Assembly (NCBI GenBank): GCA_017963805.1
Contig: JAGCTE010000037.1
Span: 30,074 to 94,073, forward strand
Direction of reading: 5' to 3'
Length of the DNA stretch: 64,000 nucleotides
Source: a bacterium
Lineage (GTDB): Bacteria; Auribacterota; UBA3054
Shown: piece by piece, positions 26,413 through 34,412 of the stretch
Layout: the number at the start of each line of letters is the position of its first letter
How positions within the stretch are numbered: the stretch's first letter is position 1
Program-made: the position numbers and the translations under genes
The notes under the pieces: model-generated
What the model saw: only the letters and a program-made list of their open reading frames with translations
What the model was told of the DNA's origin: nothing
Database searches by the model: none

Positions 26413-27470
26413 AGCGCGAAAGTGCGTTTCACCATCTCTTGTGCGGAGAATTCGGTCAGCGCCCTTTCCCTGGCCGCGTTTCCGAGCCGCAGCCTTCTTT
26501 CAGGATCGCCGTGGAGGGCCTTTATTGCCCCGTTTAGGGCCCTGACGTCGCCGGGGGGTACAACTATCCCGGTTTTGCCGTCCAAGTTGACGTACGGGAC
26601 GCCGGAGGGCAAATCGGTGCTGATCACCGGCTTCCCGGCCTGGAAAGCCTCCAGCTGCACGATCCCGAAGGCTTCGCTTCGCACTGTGGAGGGCAGCACG
26701 AAGAACTCGCAGTCCGAATAGTATTGAAGCAATTCTTCTTTGGAGACGTGTCCCGGGAACTTCACGCGCTGCGCGATCCCTTGGTCTTCCGCGAGCTTTT
26801 TGAGCTCTTTTTCCAAAGGACCGCAGCCCACTATCACAAGGTCTAATCCGGGAGCGCCGGCAAGGGCTTTAATGAGAACGTCGAAGCCCTTGTAATAGAC
26901 CAGTTGTCCGACAGAGAGCGCAAACGGGCGCTCCGTTTTTCGGGGAGCGGGAAAATCGAGGGCGGGAAGGCCGTAGTGTATGACCTCCAGTTTTTCTTCC
27001 GGCAGTTTGGAAAGGAAGGGGGAAAATTTTATGTGGTTGGGAGTGGCGACGATTATCTTTTCCGCGCTAAAAAGAGTGGAACGATGGAAAGGCGCGTACA
27101 GTTTCAGGAGATATTTCTGCCTTATGATGTCGGAGTGATAGGAGACAAAGAGCCGCCCAGGCCTCCCGGCCAGTTTCCAGCTCGTCTCCGCCCAGGGGTT
27201 TGGAAGATGGATGTGCACGATGTCGGGCTTCAGATCCTTTAATTTTTTCGGAAGCCCCAAAAGGAAATCCGTGCTGTTCAAGTGAAGGCTCCTTCCGAGC
27301 CTTACGACGCGCACGCCCCCTATCTCTTCCTCTATTGTCTCTTTATTGCCGTTGCTGACCAGAACGGTAAGGTCGCATATGGGAGCGAGCCCTTCCGCAA
27401 GGGTCTTGAGATAAGTTTCGATGCCCCTCTCGTAGGGCCAGTAGTATTTCCCGACGTGGACGACGCGCAT
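26394..27470 (-). CDS. Glycosyltransferase family 4 (GT-B, retaining type)
   Basis: 358 aa. Starts MRVVHVGKYYWPYERGIETY, with a C-terminal EAFGIVQLEAFQAGKPVISTD (E-x7-E region). Its 3' end overlaps the convergent gene ending at 26412 by 19 nt. Confidence 0.8.
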   Translation of the reverse strand: MRVVHVGKYYWPYERGIETYLKTLAEGLAPICDLTVLVSNGNKETIEEEIGGVRVVRLGRSLHLNSTDFLLGLPKKLKDLKPDIVHIHLPNPWAETSWKLAGRPGRLFVSYHSDIIRQKYLLKLYAPFHRSTLFSAEKIIVATPNHIKFSPFLSKLPEEKLEVIHYGLPALDFPAPRKTERPFALSVGQLVYYKGFDVLIKALAGAPGLDLVIVGCGPLEKELKKLAEDQGIAQRVKFPGHVSKEELLQYYSDCEFFVLPSTVRSEAFGIVQLEAFQAGKPVISTDLPSGVPYVNLDGKTGIVVPPGDVRALNGAIKALHGDPERRLRLGNAARERALTEFSAQEMVKRTFALYSAKA

Positions 27471-27505
27471 AGAAAAAAGCCCCTTTCTTGAAGGGGCTTT
27501 CTTTT
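27471..27505 (-). terminator. Hairpin + T-run between the lipoprotein gene stop and the GT4 start (terminator / SD-masking hairpin)
   Basis: The minus-strand sequence reads AAAAGAAAGCCCCTTCAAGAAAGGGGCTTTTTTCT, followed directly by the ATG. The 9-bp stem is AAGCCCCTT/AAGGGGCTT and a T6 run follows. The 3' arm contains the only SD-like AAGGGG for the GT4 gene. Confidence 0.65.
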
Positions 27506-28171
27506 TTAGAAGGTTATCTGCGAGACCGCGTTGTGGAAGGTCGTTCCCTTCAGCAGCTTTCTTCTCAGATATTCCCTGACGTCGGGAGTCGCCCAGGCGT
27601 AAGTGGAGGTTGCGGTGGACTGGATGTTCTGCTCACTGATCCTAGAATTGGCCTTGAGGTCGTAGACGAAGACGGAAACGTTGAGGTTGCCTTCGATGGT
27701 GGACCATTCGACGAAGTTCGCGTTGGCGCCCAGGCCCTTGGCGTAGCATTCGTTGATGTGGAAGACCAGAAGGTAATCGTAGTTGAATTCGTCGGCTTCG
27801 GCTCTGTCTTTGACCGTAACGACGCGCTTGAAGATGGAGTAACCTCTCAGGCGGTTGAAAATGGCTTCGGCGAAGGCCTCGTTGGTGTTGTCCTGGAAGA
27901 CCTGGCCGTCGTCGTTGACGTAAGGATGGTCAAGCACGGTCACTTCGCCGCTGCCGTAGATGAAGCGCGGGAGCCACCAGCGGTGGTAGGTCTCGGAGAG
28001 CGCTTCGTAGTTGTCGGTCGGTTCGCCGTAGGGCATGATGCACAGCGTCTTGCCTTCGAAGGCGCCGTTGTTCAAGGCCAGCGGCTGAGGGTACGTCACG
28101 TCGCTGGTCGCGCAGCCAAACATTAGGAAAGTAAGAGCGGAAAGTACGGATAGTAAAACAAACTTGCGCAT
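27506..28171 (-). CDS. Hypothetical lipoprotein
   Basis: MRKFVLLSVLSALTFLMFGCATSD carries a lipobox (MFGC). GGAGAC RBS. 221 aa, ending in ..QITF. No family recognised. Confidence 0.6.
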   Translation of the reverse strand: MRKFVLLSVLSALTFLMFGCATSDVTYPQPLALNNGAFEGKTLCIMPYGEPTDNYEALSETYHRWWLPRFIYGSGEVTVLDHPYVNDDGQVFQDNTNEAFAEAIFNRLRGYSIFKRVVTVKDRAEADEFNYDYLLVFHINECYAKGLGANANFVEWSTIEGNLNVSVFVYDLKANSRISEQNIQSTATSTYAWATPDVREYLRRKLLKGTTFHNAVSQITF

Positions 28172-28185
28172 ATTGTGTCTCCTTA

Positions 28186-29229
28186 CTAGTCAATGGTTGG
28201 GAAAGCGGGAAGGTTGTTGAGCATTTCGGCTTCGCTTTGCGGAGCCGCGCCGGGCAGCGTGCCGTCCGGGGCGATGTCAAGGCCGGTGGAGCCGCCGCGT
28301 CCGTAATCCGGGACGGGGACGGAGCCGCTCTGCGGGGCGGTCGGCATCGTGGATTCCATGATGCTGTTCACCTTGTTGTTCAGCTGCTCGTCCTGAGAGA
28401 GGGGAGAACTGAAGTCGGTCGGGATCAGGGTGATGACCACGCGGCGGTTCAGACGCTGGCCGTCGGCGGTGGCGTTGCTGGCGACAGGCCTGTTGGCGGA
28501 GTATCCGGAGATGGCCATGCGCTTAGGATCGACGCCGCCCTGCTTCTCGAGGAAATGGAGGACAGCCAAACTTCTGGCCGCGGAGAGTTCCCAGTTGGAC
28601 ATGAAGTTGGAGCCTTCCGGCAGTTCGTTGCTGTCCGTGTGGCCTTCGATGGCGACCAGGAAATTGGGATACTCGGAATTGACGACGCGCCCGACTTCTT
28701 CAAGAACGGGGTAGACGGCTTCCCTCAGCTGCGCTCTGCCTTCGTCGAAGAGGACTTCGGAGAGCATCGTGATCTGGGTCGTGCCTTCCTTGGTCGTCTC
28801 GACCTGGACGTAGCGTCCGTCAGCCTGGATGTTGTTGGCCAGAACGTAGCTCTTGGCCACGATCTCTTCGTATCTGGCGGCCATCATCTTTGTCCTGGCT
28901 TCCATCTTCGCCAGCTGTTTCTCGTATTTGGCGACCACCTTGGTGGAGACCTTGGCTTCGCCGCTGTACTTGTCAACGTCGGCGTAGTCTTCCAACATGC
29001 GCGCACGGTGGATCTCGTAGGCTTCGCCGGCGATCGCGCCGGTCAGAAGGCCCGCGCCCGCTCCGGCGCCCGCGCCGATGGCGACGCCTACGCCGCCTCC
29101 GGCCGCGCCGATGCCGGCGCCCATGCCGCCTCCGATTAGACCGCCTATGAGACCGCCGCGCTGCATGGCGGTACAGGCGCTAAGCATAAGTGCCAGTATA
29201 GCTATTGTGGTAAGGGAAGATCTTTTCAT
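28186..29229 (-). CDS. OmpA/MotB-domain lipoprotein with N-terminal glycine-zipper
   Basis: Lipobox MLSAC. A Gly-rich GLIGGLIGGGMGAGIGAAGGGVGVAIGAGAGAGAG segment is followed by a coiled-coil region. The C-terminal OmpA-like block is VAIEGHTDS..SNWELSAARSLAV..NRRVVITL. Confidence 0.8.
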   Translation of the reverse strand: MKRSSLTTIAILALMLSACTAMQRGGLIGGLIGGGMGAGIGAAGGGVGVAIGAGAGAGAGLLTGAIAGEAYEIHRARMLEDYADVDKYSGEAKVSTKVVAKYEKQLAKMEARTKMMAARYEEIVAKSYVLANNIQADGRYVQVETTKEGTTQITMLSEVLFDEGRAQLREAVYPVLEEVGRVVNSEYPNFLVAIEGHTDSNELPEGSNFMSNWELSAARSLAVLHFLEKQGGVDPKRMAISGYSANRPVASNATADGQRLNRRVVITLIPTDFSSPLSQDEQLNNKVNSIMESTMPTAPQSGSVPVPDYGRGGSTGLDIAPDGTLPGAAPQSEAEMLNNLPAFPTID

Positions 29230-29879
29230 TCAGAGACCTCGCTTGTTTTTAACGTGGACGCTCCGTCATCCTTTTGTTCATCGCCTTTCTTTAGGAATCC
29301 GAAGATCGCAAAGCAGCCGATGAGAAGGATGAGGAACGCTATGGTTAATATGTTGAAATATTTGTCAATAAACGCTTTTATTTTTTCGCCGAAGATCCTG
29401 ATCAGCCCGGCGACCAGGAAGAAGCGGGCCGAGCGGCTGACCGCCGAGGCGATTATGAAGGGCCAGAAGGCCATTCCGAAGACCCCGGAGGCGATGGTGA
29501 AGATCTTGTAGGGAATGGGCGTGAAACCGGCGGCGAAGACGCACCAGAAGCTGTATTTCAGGTAAAGCTTCTCGACCGTCGCGAAACCTTCGGGCGTGAA
29601 GCCCGGAACGTAAGTGAAGAAGAAATCCTTCGTCACGCTCCAAAGGAAGGCGCCGATAACGTAGCCCAAGACCCCGCCGAGCACCGAGGAGACGGAACAC
29701 CAAAGCGCGTACCATAGGGAGCGCTTCGGCTTCGCGAGTGACATGGCGATCAGAAGAGGATCGGGCGGTATGGGAAAGAACGACGATTCCGAAAAGGAGA
29801 GCAAATTGAGCGCCAGGAGCGCGTAGGGGGAGGGCGCGCACCTCATGACCCAGTCATAGATCTTGCGCAGGAAGCCCAT
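29226..29879 (-). CDS. DedA/YqaA-family (SNARE-associated) membrane protein
   Basis: 217 aa. The motif ESSFFPIPPDPLLIAM is typical of the YqaA/DedA family. Several TM helices. ATGA overlap with the OmpA-like gene. Confidence 0.75.
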   Translation of the reverse strand: MGFLRKIYDWVMRCAPSPYALLALNLLSFSESSFFPIPPDPLLIAMSLAKPKRSLWYALWCSVSSVLGGVLGYVIGAFLWSVTKDFFFTYVPGFTPEGFATVEKLYLKYSFWCVFAAGFTPIPYKIFTIASGVFGMAFWPFIIASAVSRSARFFLVAGLIRIFGEKIKAFIDKYFNILTIAFLILLIGCFAIFGFLKKGDEQKDDGASTLKTSEVSE

Positions 29880-30260
29880 TTACTCTTTCTTTTCAAAGAC
29901 CGCTATGGGATTGACGCGAAAACGGAAAGTCATCTCCTGGTCGCCCATCTTGAGGCTGAGGAGAGAGTTGAGCCTTGTCAGGAGAAGCTGGTAGGGGATC
30001 TTGACTTCCTCGTCCTTGACTTTGATCCCGATGCTGGCCTGTCCGAGAAGGTCCCTGGACTCGTAGACCGTTTCCAAAAGTTTGCTGAAACGTTTGATCT
30101 GGTCGGCCAGTTCCGGGGTGAAAGAATAAGTTTTGCCGCATTCCTTGCAGGTCAGCAGCGTGTCGGGGTTGAGGTCGAGAAGGGAGAATTCCACAGCGTG
30201 GCCGCAGCCGACGCAGTTGAGCTCGATCCTGTGGGCGTCAGTTATTTTTTCCGTGTTCAT
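29880..30260 (-). CDS. Hypothetical zinc-ribbon protein
   Basis: 126 aa with CVGC..(20 aa)..CKEC, a four-Cys ribbon. TAAATG junction with the DedA gene. No family recognised. Confidence 0.5.
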   Translation of the reverse strand: MNTEKITDAHRIELNCVGCGHAVEFSLLDLNPDTLLTCKECGKTYSFTPELADQIKRFSKLLETVYESRDLLGQASIGIKVKDEEVKIPYQLLLTRLNSLLSLKMGDQEMTFRFRVNPIAVFEKKE

Positions 30261-30285
30261 GTGTTCCTATTTTGTTTTATAGTAG

Positions 30286-30294
30286 ATTATACCA
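30286..30294 (-). promoter_or_regulatory. Candidate extended -10 promoter (TGGTATAAT, minus strand)
   Basis: The reverse complement of gattatacca reads TGGTATAAT. It lies ~26 nt upstream of the ATG at 30260 and just downstream of the tRNA terminator. Confidence 0.4.
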
Positions 30295-30316
30295 TTTTGT
30301 CCTTTTTTGTGGGAGG

Positions 30317-30345
30317 CAAAAAAAAGACACCCTTTCGGGTGTCTT
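30317..30345 (-). terminator. Rho-independent terminator after tRNA-Glu
   Basis: The minus strand reads AAGACACCC-GAAA-GGGTGTCTT followed by T8, 7 nt after the tRNA 3' end. Confidence 0.75.
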
Positions 30346-30351
30346 GAATTT

Positions 30352-30427
30352 TGGCGCTCCATAGGAGAATCGAACTCCTGTTTTGTGGATGAGAACCACA
30401 TGTCCTAGGCCACTAGACGAAAGGAGC
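30352..30427 (-). tRNA. tRNA-Glu: tRNA-Glu (anticodon CUC), CCA encoded
   Basis: The reverse complement folds by hand into a cloverleaf:
- Acceptor stem: GCTCCTT / ATGGAGC, with one U-U mismatch.
- D arm: GTCT-AGTGGCCTA-GGAC.
- Anticodon arm: TGTGG-TTCTCAT-CCACA.
- T arm: AGGAG-TTCGATT-CTCCT.
- Discriminator G, then CCA.
The overall layout closely matches E. coli tRNA-Glu. Confidence 0.9.
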
Positions 30428-30437
30428 GGATATTCTA

Positions 30438-30608
30438 TTATTCCTCGCTGATGGCGCCGGCAGGGCAGACGCTGGCGCAGAGGCCGCAGGACACGCACTT
30501 CGCCGGGTCGATCTGATACTGGCCTTCGCCTTCCGCGATAGCGCCCTGGGGGCATTCGGAAGCGCAAGCGCCGCAGGAAAGACATTCTGAGCTGATTTTG
30601 TAAGCCAT
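30438..30608 (-). CDS. 2x[4Fe-4S] clostridial-type ferredoxin (56 aa, absent from the ORF track)
   Basis: The reverse complement translates to MAYKISSECLSCGACASECPQGAIAEGEGQYQIDPAKCVSCGLCASVCPAGAISEE*. It has two CxxCxxCxxxCP motifs and a GGAGA RBS 7 nt upstream. At under 60 aa it was missed by the track. Confidence 0.85.
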   Translation of the reverse strand: MAYKISSECLSCGACASECPQGAIAEGEGQYQIDPAKCVSCGLCASVCPAGAISEE

Positions 30609-30650
30609 AATTTCTCCTACATATGTGGGGTTAAAAGTAAGGTTACGGAA

Positions 30651-30659
30651 ATGGTATCA
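30651..30659 (-). promoter_or_regulatory. Weak extended -10-like element (TGATACCAT) upstream of the ferredoxin gene
   Basis: The reverse complement of atggtatca reads TGATACCAT, ~43 nt upstream of the ATG at 30608. The hexamer is imperfect. Confidence 0.25.
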
Positions 30660-30668
30660 GAAAAGCGG

Positions 30669-31790
30669 TCAAAAGTAAAGACTCAGGGTCTTCTCATAGA
30701 CGGCGCGCGTGTCGGCGGCGCACTTCCCCCAGGAGAAAATCTTCGCCCTTTCTTTGGCTTTCTTGGAAAGATCGCTCCTTAACCCGTCGTTTTGGAAGAC
30801 TTCGAGCATGGCTTTTTCCCAGAGCTCCTCTTCGCCGCAGGGAAGAAGCATTCCGGCGCCGCCGACCACTTCGGGAAGCGAAGAGGAGTCGGAAACGACA
30901 ACGGGAGTGCCTTCGCCCATCGCCTCCAAAACAGGGAGCCCGAAGCCCTCGTATTTCGAAGGGAAGAGGAAAGCCAGGGCGTTTCTGTAATAGTGCGGAA
31001 GGTCGCCCAAGGGAACGTAGCCTTTTACGACGACGGAATCGCCGAGCCCTTTTTCCCTTATCGTCTCGAAGATCTCGTCGGAGAGCCAGGTAGGGGAGCC
31101 GGCCAGCACGAGTTTCGGAAGGCTTTTTTCCTTCGCTTTGGCGCGGGCGTAAGCTCTCAGAAGCATCGGGATGTTTTTCCTCGGCTCCAAATTTCCGAGG
31201 TAGAGGAAATATTTATCCGGCAGCTTTTCTTTGAAGTTGGGATTCGCTTTCGTGAACTCGAGCCCGCCGAGGTAGACCGTCGTCACTTTTTCAGGCGGAA
31301 CGTCGTAAAGTTCCGTAAGCTCCCTTTTCGAAAAGTCGCTGATGGTGATGAAATGATCGGCGCATTTAAGGCGCTTCTTGAAGTAGCTCTCGAAGTACGA
31401 GCGGCGGTCTATTGGATGCGTTTCGGGATACCTTATGAGGGACATGTCGAAGACCGTCACGACCTGCGGTCCCTTGTAGGGGAGAGGGACGTAGTTCAGC
31501 TCATGGTAAATGTCCGCCTTCTGCCTTCCCGCGCCGAGCCTGAAAAACATTTCCTTCACGGGCTGGGTGATGCGGTACGGTTTCGGGAAGCACTTCTTCA
31601 GGGCTTTCCTCAGCCCGGCGTCGAAAGCGGGTGCGTCGTCAAGGATCTCGCTTGAAAAGCGGCGCCCGTAGAAGTAGACGTGCTCGTCAAGCGGATAATC
31701 CCTCGCGAACGCTTTCAGAAGATTCAGGGTGTAGTAGCCGACTCCCGATTTGGGGGCCAGAAGAGGGAATGCGTCGAAGAGAACGCGCAT
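30669..31790 (-). CDS. Glycosyltransferase family 4 (GT-B)
   Basis: 373 aa. Starts MRVLFDAFPLLAPKSGVGYYT, with a C-terminal FPSKYEGFGLPVLEAMGEGTPVVVSD (E-x7-E). Confidence 0.8.
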   Translation of the reverse strand: MRVLFDAFPLLAPKSGVGYYTLNLLKAFARDYPLDEHVYFYGRRFSSEILDDAPAFDAGLRKALKKCFPKPYRITQPVKEMFFRLGAGRQKADIYHELNYVPLPYKGPQVVTVFDMSLIRYPETHPIDRRSYFESYFKKRLKCADHFITISDFSKRELTELYDVPPEKVTTVYLGGLEFTKANPNFKEKLPDKYFLYLGNLEPRKNIPMLLRAYARAKAKEKSLPKLVLAGSPTWLSDEIFETIREKGLGDSVVVKGYVPLGDLPHYYRNALAFLFPSKYEGFGLPVLEAMGEGTPVVVSDSSSLPEVVGGAGMLLPCGEEELWEKAMLEVFQNDGLRSDLSKKAKERAKIFSWGKCAADTRAVYEKTLSLYF

Positions 31791-31791
31791 A

Positions 31792-34353
31792 TCACTGCGG
31801 AAGTTCCAGCTCGAAATTGCTCATCTCTTTCAAGGTCTCGTCCAGTTCCTCTTCGCCGACCTTGTCGCCGAAGATGGTCTCCTTGGGAACGTCGATCTCC
31901 TTTTTGACTTCCTCTTTCACTTCCTCAACGGGAGCGACGACCTCTTCTTCGGGCTCTGTCTCTTGGGGCTCGCTTTCCTCGATCTCCATGTCTTCTTCCG
32001 AAGGCAGGGTCTGCTTTTCATGGAAAGTCACTTTGCCAATGAAGGCGCCGACGTTGTAGGTCTGGTTCGTGAGGTTGGGATAGAATTCGGCGGGCACGAA
32101 GGTCTGGCTGTTCCTGATCTCGAGGACGATGTAGTCCTGCTCCTGGAAGAGGGATCTGATCTGGCTGGTGCGGCCGAGATCGTATTCCAGCGTCTTCAGG
32201 CAGCTGTTGGTGAAGCAGAACTTCATCGCGGGCTCGCTTTCGACGAGCACTTCGACTTCGACGGGGAATTCGGGCGAGAGTTTCGGATGCGCGCAGGCGG
32301 TCTCCATCCTGATGATGCGTTTGCCTTTTTCGGGCTTAACGATCATGAAGGAGGATCTGTCGCTCCAGCGGCCGATATTGTTGTAATTGAAACCTATTTC
32401 GCGCTTGGCGTAAAGTTTGGCCGTCTCTTCCTCGCTAAGGTCCAATCCCCTTATCTTCTCGAGGCGCGTGATGGCGGCGTCAAGCGAGCGTTTCTCGTTG
32501 TGGTGCGAGACGACCTTCGGCCAGAAGACGGCGACCGCGCCGCAAAGCACCAGAATGAGAAGCAGGACGTAAAGGACCTTGAAGGTCGGCTGGAAATCGC
32601 GGTTGGTCGTCGCGGCGTTGACCATGATAAGGCCGCAGAGGAACCAGTAGAGCGCGGCGATCTGGTAAGTGGCGAAGGAATTCTCAAAGAGGCAGCCGAA
32701 GACCAAAAACGTGAACATCCAGGCCAGGACGCGGGAAGTCCTCGGCGAAATGGTGTGCTCGATGTTGCTGAAGGCCACGCTGATCGTGATGATCGTGATG
32801 ATGAGCAGCGCGGCGAAGCCGAAGACGCCCTGGTCGACCAGCGCCTGCAGGAAAATGTTGCCGGCGCCGTTCCTGGATTCCTTCACGTACTTGGGCTGAT
32901 ACTGGCGGTAGAAACGCTTGAAGTTGTTGGGGCCGCAGCCCAGGGCAAGGTAATCCCAGTTGCCGTTCTTGGGCCTGAAGAAATTGAAGACCGTGATCCA
33001 GTCGGCGGACTTGTGGTTCGTCTTGGCGTAAAGCTTGGCTTCGAAATTCTGGCTCTTTACGGACGCGACGTCGGGATCCTCTTCGAAGAGCGACTGCTTG
33101 AAGCTGTCGATCTGGTTGGCTATGGAAGTGGAAAGGCTGTTGTGGAAGAGGCCGACGGGCTTGCCGGACGGATTGTCGACGTCCTTGTTGGCGCTGAAAC
33201 TGCCGTTCTTGGAGCTGTTCTTGGTGGACAGAAGCTCCGCCTTGTCGACGTTAAGGTAAGAGCCGACGGCGAAGACCGTGAAGCCGATCACCAGAACGCC
33301 CACGAAAGCCGGGGGAATGATCTTGCCGCCGCGGAAAGCTTTTATCAAAGTGGCGACGAAGAATATCAGAAGGGCGACGCCGGAAAAGAGCAGGATGACT
33401 TTCGAGCCCGCCAGGAAGATGCCGAGCAAAAAGAGCAGGATGACTATCACGCCGCAGAAAGCCGGCACGATGCCCGCGAACAGCAAGCCCAGCCCTATGG
33501 GGAGCAGGGCGAACAGGAAGACGCCCCAGGAGTTCGGCTCAACAAACGTCGCGTGGATCTCCCTGGTGTAGCGGTAGACGTAGTTGGAGAAGCCGGTAAG
33601 CGTGAGACGCTGGACGACGCCGACAAGCACGGAAGCGACGCCTATCGAGAGCAGCAATCCAAGATAGAACTTGATGTGCTTCTCGCTCCAGACCTCGTTG
33701 ATGACGACCGTGTAGAGGGCGATGAGCTCTATGACCATCGTGGCGTTCCGCAAAGCCTGCATGTGCTGAGCTTCCATTTTCCTGAAGAAAGGATAGGGGA
33801 AGGAGCAGAAGGTGTGCCAGACCTTGTCCAGGAAGCCCGGCATGAAGATGTTGTCAAGGGCTATGGCGGCGTAGACGCCGGATATGACCGCGGTGAGTCC
33901 GAAGATGAAGATGGGGAAGTTCATCTGCCTCGCGGTCCTCGCCCTGTTGACCTCAAAGTCGAGCTCAGGGTTGCCGAAGAAGCGCGTCAGTGCCCAGGCG
34001 GCGAAGAGACCCAAAAGAACGCATTCGTAGGGGACTTTGGCCAGCTGGAAGAATTTCATCGACTGCCCGACCGGAACGGCGCTGGACAGAAAGGTCTCGA
34101 ACCCGAATTTCGAGCAGACCAGGTAGAGCATATGGTCGAAGATCGCCGTGTTCCCGAAGAAGAATATGAAGATTATCGTCAGGGCCAGGGCGAAACGAAG
34201 GTGTATGAGCCCAACCACCAGCGTAAGGCACATCACCGTCAGGGGAATGTAGTTGGCGACGACCCTGAAGGAAGCCGGGTCGGTGAAGGTCCAAAGCGAG
34301 GAACCGAAGTAAACGCAGAAAGCCAGAGCGATGAGAAGGAATATGTTACGCAT
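31792..34353 (-). CDS. Large polytopic membrane protein, O-antigen ligase/polymerase-like (Wzy_C-like), with an extra soluble domain and acidic tail
   Basis: 853 aa with many TM helices. GNIFLQALVDQGVFGF resembles the HNxxLxxxxExGxxG motif of Wzy_C proteins, although the His position is Gly. The C-terminal ~250 aa are soluble and end in an E-rich tail. The 872-aa plus-strand ORF is its antisense. Confidence 0.5.
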   Translation of the reverse strand: MRNIFLLIALAFCVYFGSSLWTFTDPASFRVVANYIPLTVMCLTLVVGLIHLRFALALTIIFIFFFGNTAIFDHMLYLVCSKFGFETFLSSAVPVGQSMKFFQLAKVPYECVLLGLFAAWALTRFFGNPELDFEVNRARTARQMNFPIFIFGLTAVISGVYAAIALDNIFMPGFLDKVWHTFCSFPYPFFRKMEAQHMQALRNATMVIELIALYTVVINEVWSEKHIKFYLGLLLSIGVASVLVGVVQRLTLTGFSNYVYRYTREIHATFVEPNSWGVFLFALLPIGLGLLFAGIVPAFCGVIVILLFLLGIFLAGSKVILLFSGVALLIFFVATLIKAFRGGKIIPPAFVGVLVIGFTVFAVGSYLNVDKAELLSTKNSSKNGSFSANKDVDNPSGKPVGLFHNSLSTSIANQIDSFKQSLFEEDPDVASVKSQNFEAKLYAKTNHKSADWITVFNFFRPKNGNWDYLALGCGPNNFKRFYRQYQPKYVKESRNGAGNIFLQALVDQGVFGFAALLIITIITISVAFSNIEHTISPRTSRVLAWMFTFLVFGCLFENSFATYQIAALYWFLCGLIMVNAATTNRDFQPTFKVLYVLLLILVLCGAVAVFWPKVVSHHNEKRSLDAAITRLEKIRGLDLSEEETAKLYAKREIGFNYNNIGRWSDRSSFMIVKPEKGKRIIRMETACAHPKLSPEFPVEVEVLVESEPAMKFCFTNSCLKTLEYDLGRTSQIRSLFQEQDYIVLEIRNSQTFVPAEFYPNLTNQTYNVGAFIGKVTFHEKQTLPSEEDMEIEESEPQETEPEEEVVAPVEEVKEEVKKEIDVPKETIFGDKVGEEELDETLKEMSNFELELPQ

Positions 34354-34395
34354 CTTGAAAGCCCCTAATTATTATTTACAAAGTTAATTTTATTC

Positions 34396-34404
34396 ATTCT
34401 ATCA
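34396..34404 (-). promoter_or_regulatory. Candidate extended -10 promoter (TGATAGAAT, minus strand)
   Basis: The reverse complement of attctatca reads TGATAGAAT. It sits in the AT-rich 59-nt gap, ~43 nt upstream of the ATG at 34353. Confidence 0.35.
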
Positions 34405-34412
34405 AAAGTCTC

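Noticed and set aside
30277-30585. 102-aa minus-strand ORF in the track
   Set aside because: It runs through tRNA-Glu and, out of frame, through the ferredoxin gene. Its product is Arg/Pro-rich and meaningless. The real features here are the tRNA and the 56-aa ferredoxin.
31750-34368. 872-aa plus-strand ORF, the longest ORF outside the giant paralogs
   Set aside because: It is the exact antisense of the 853-aa polytopic membrane protein. Its translation is a G/D/E/V/R/A-rich sequence with no motifs, typical of the antisense frame of GC3-rich genes. The minus-strand product has coherent TM helices, an RBS and operon context.
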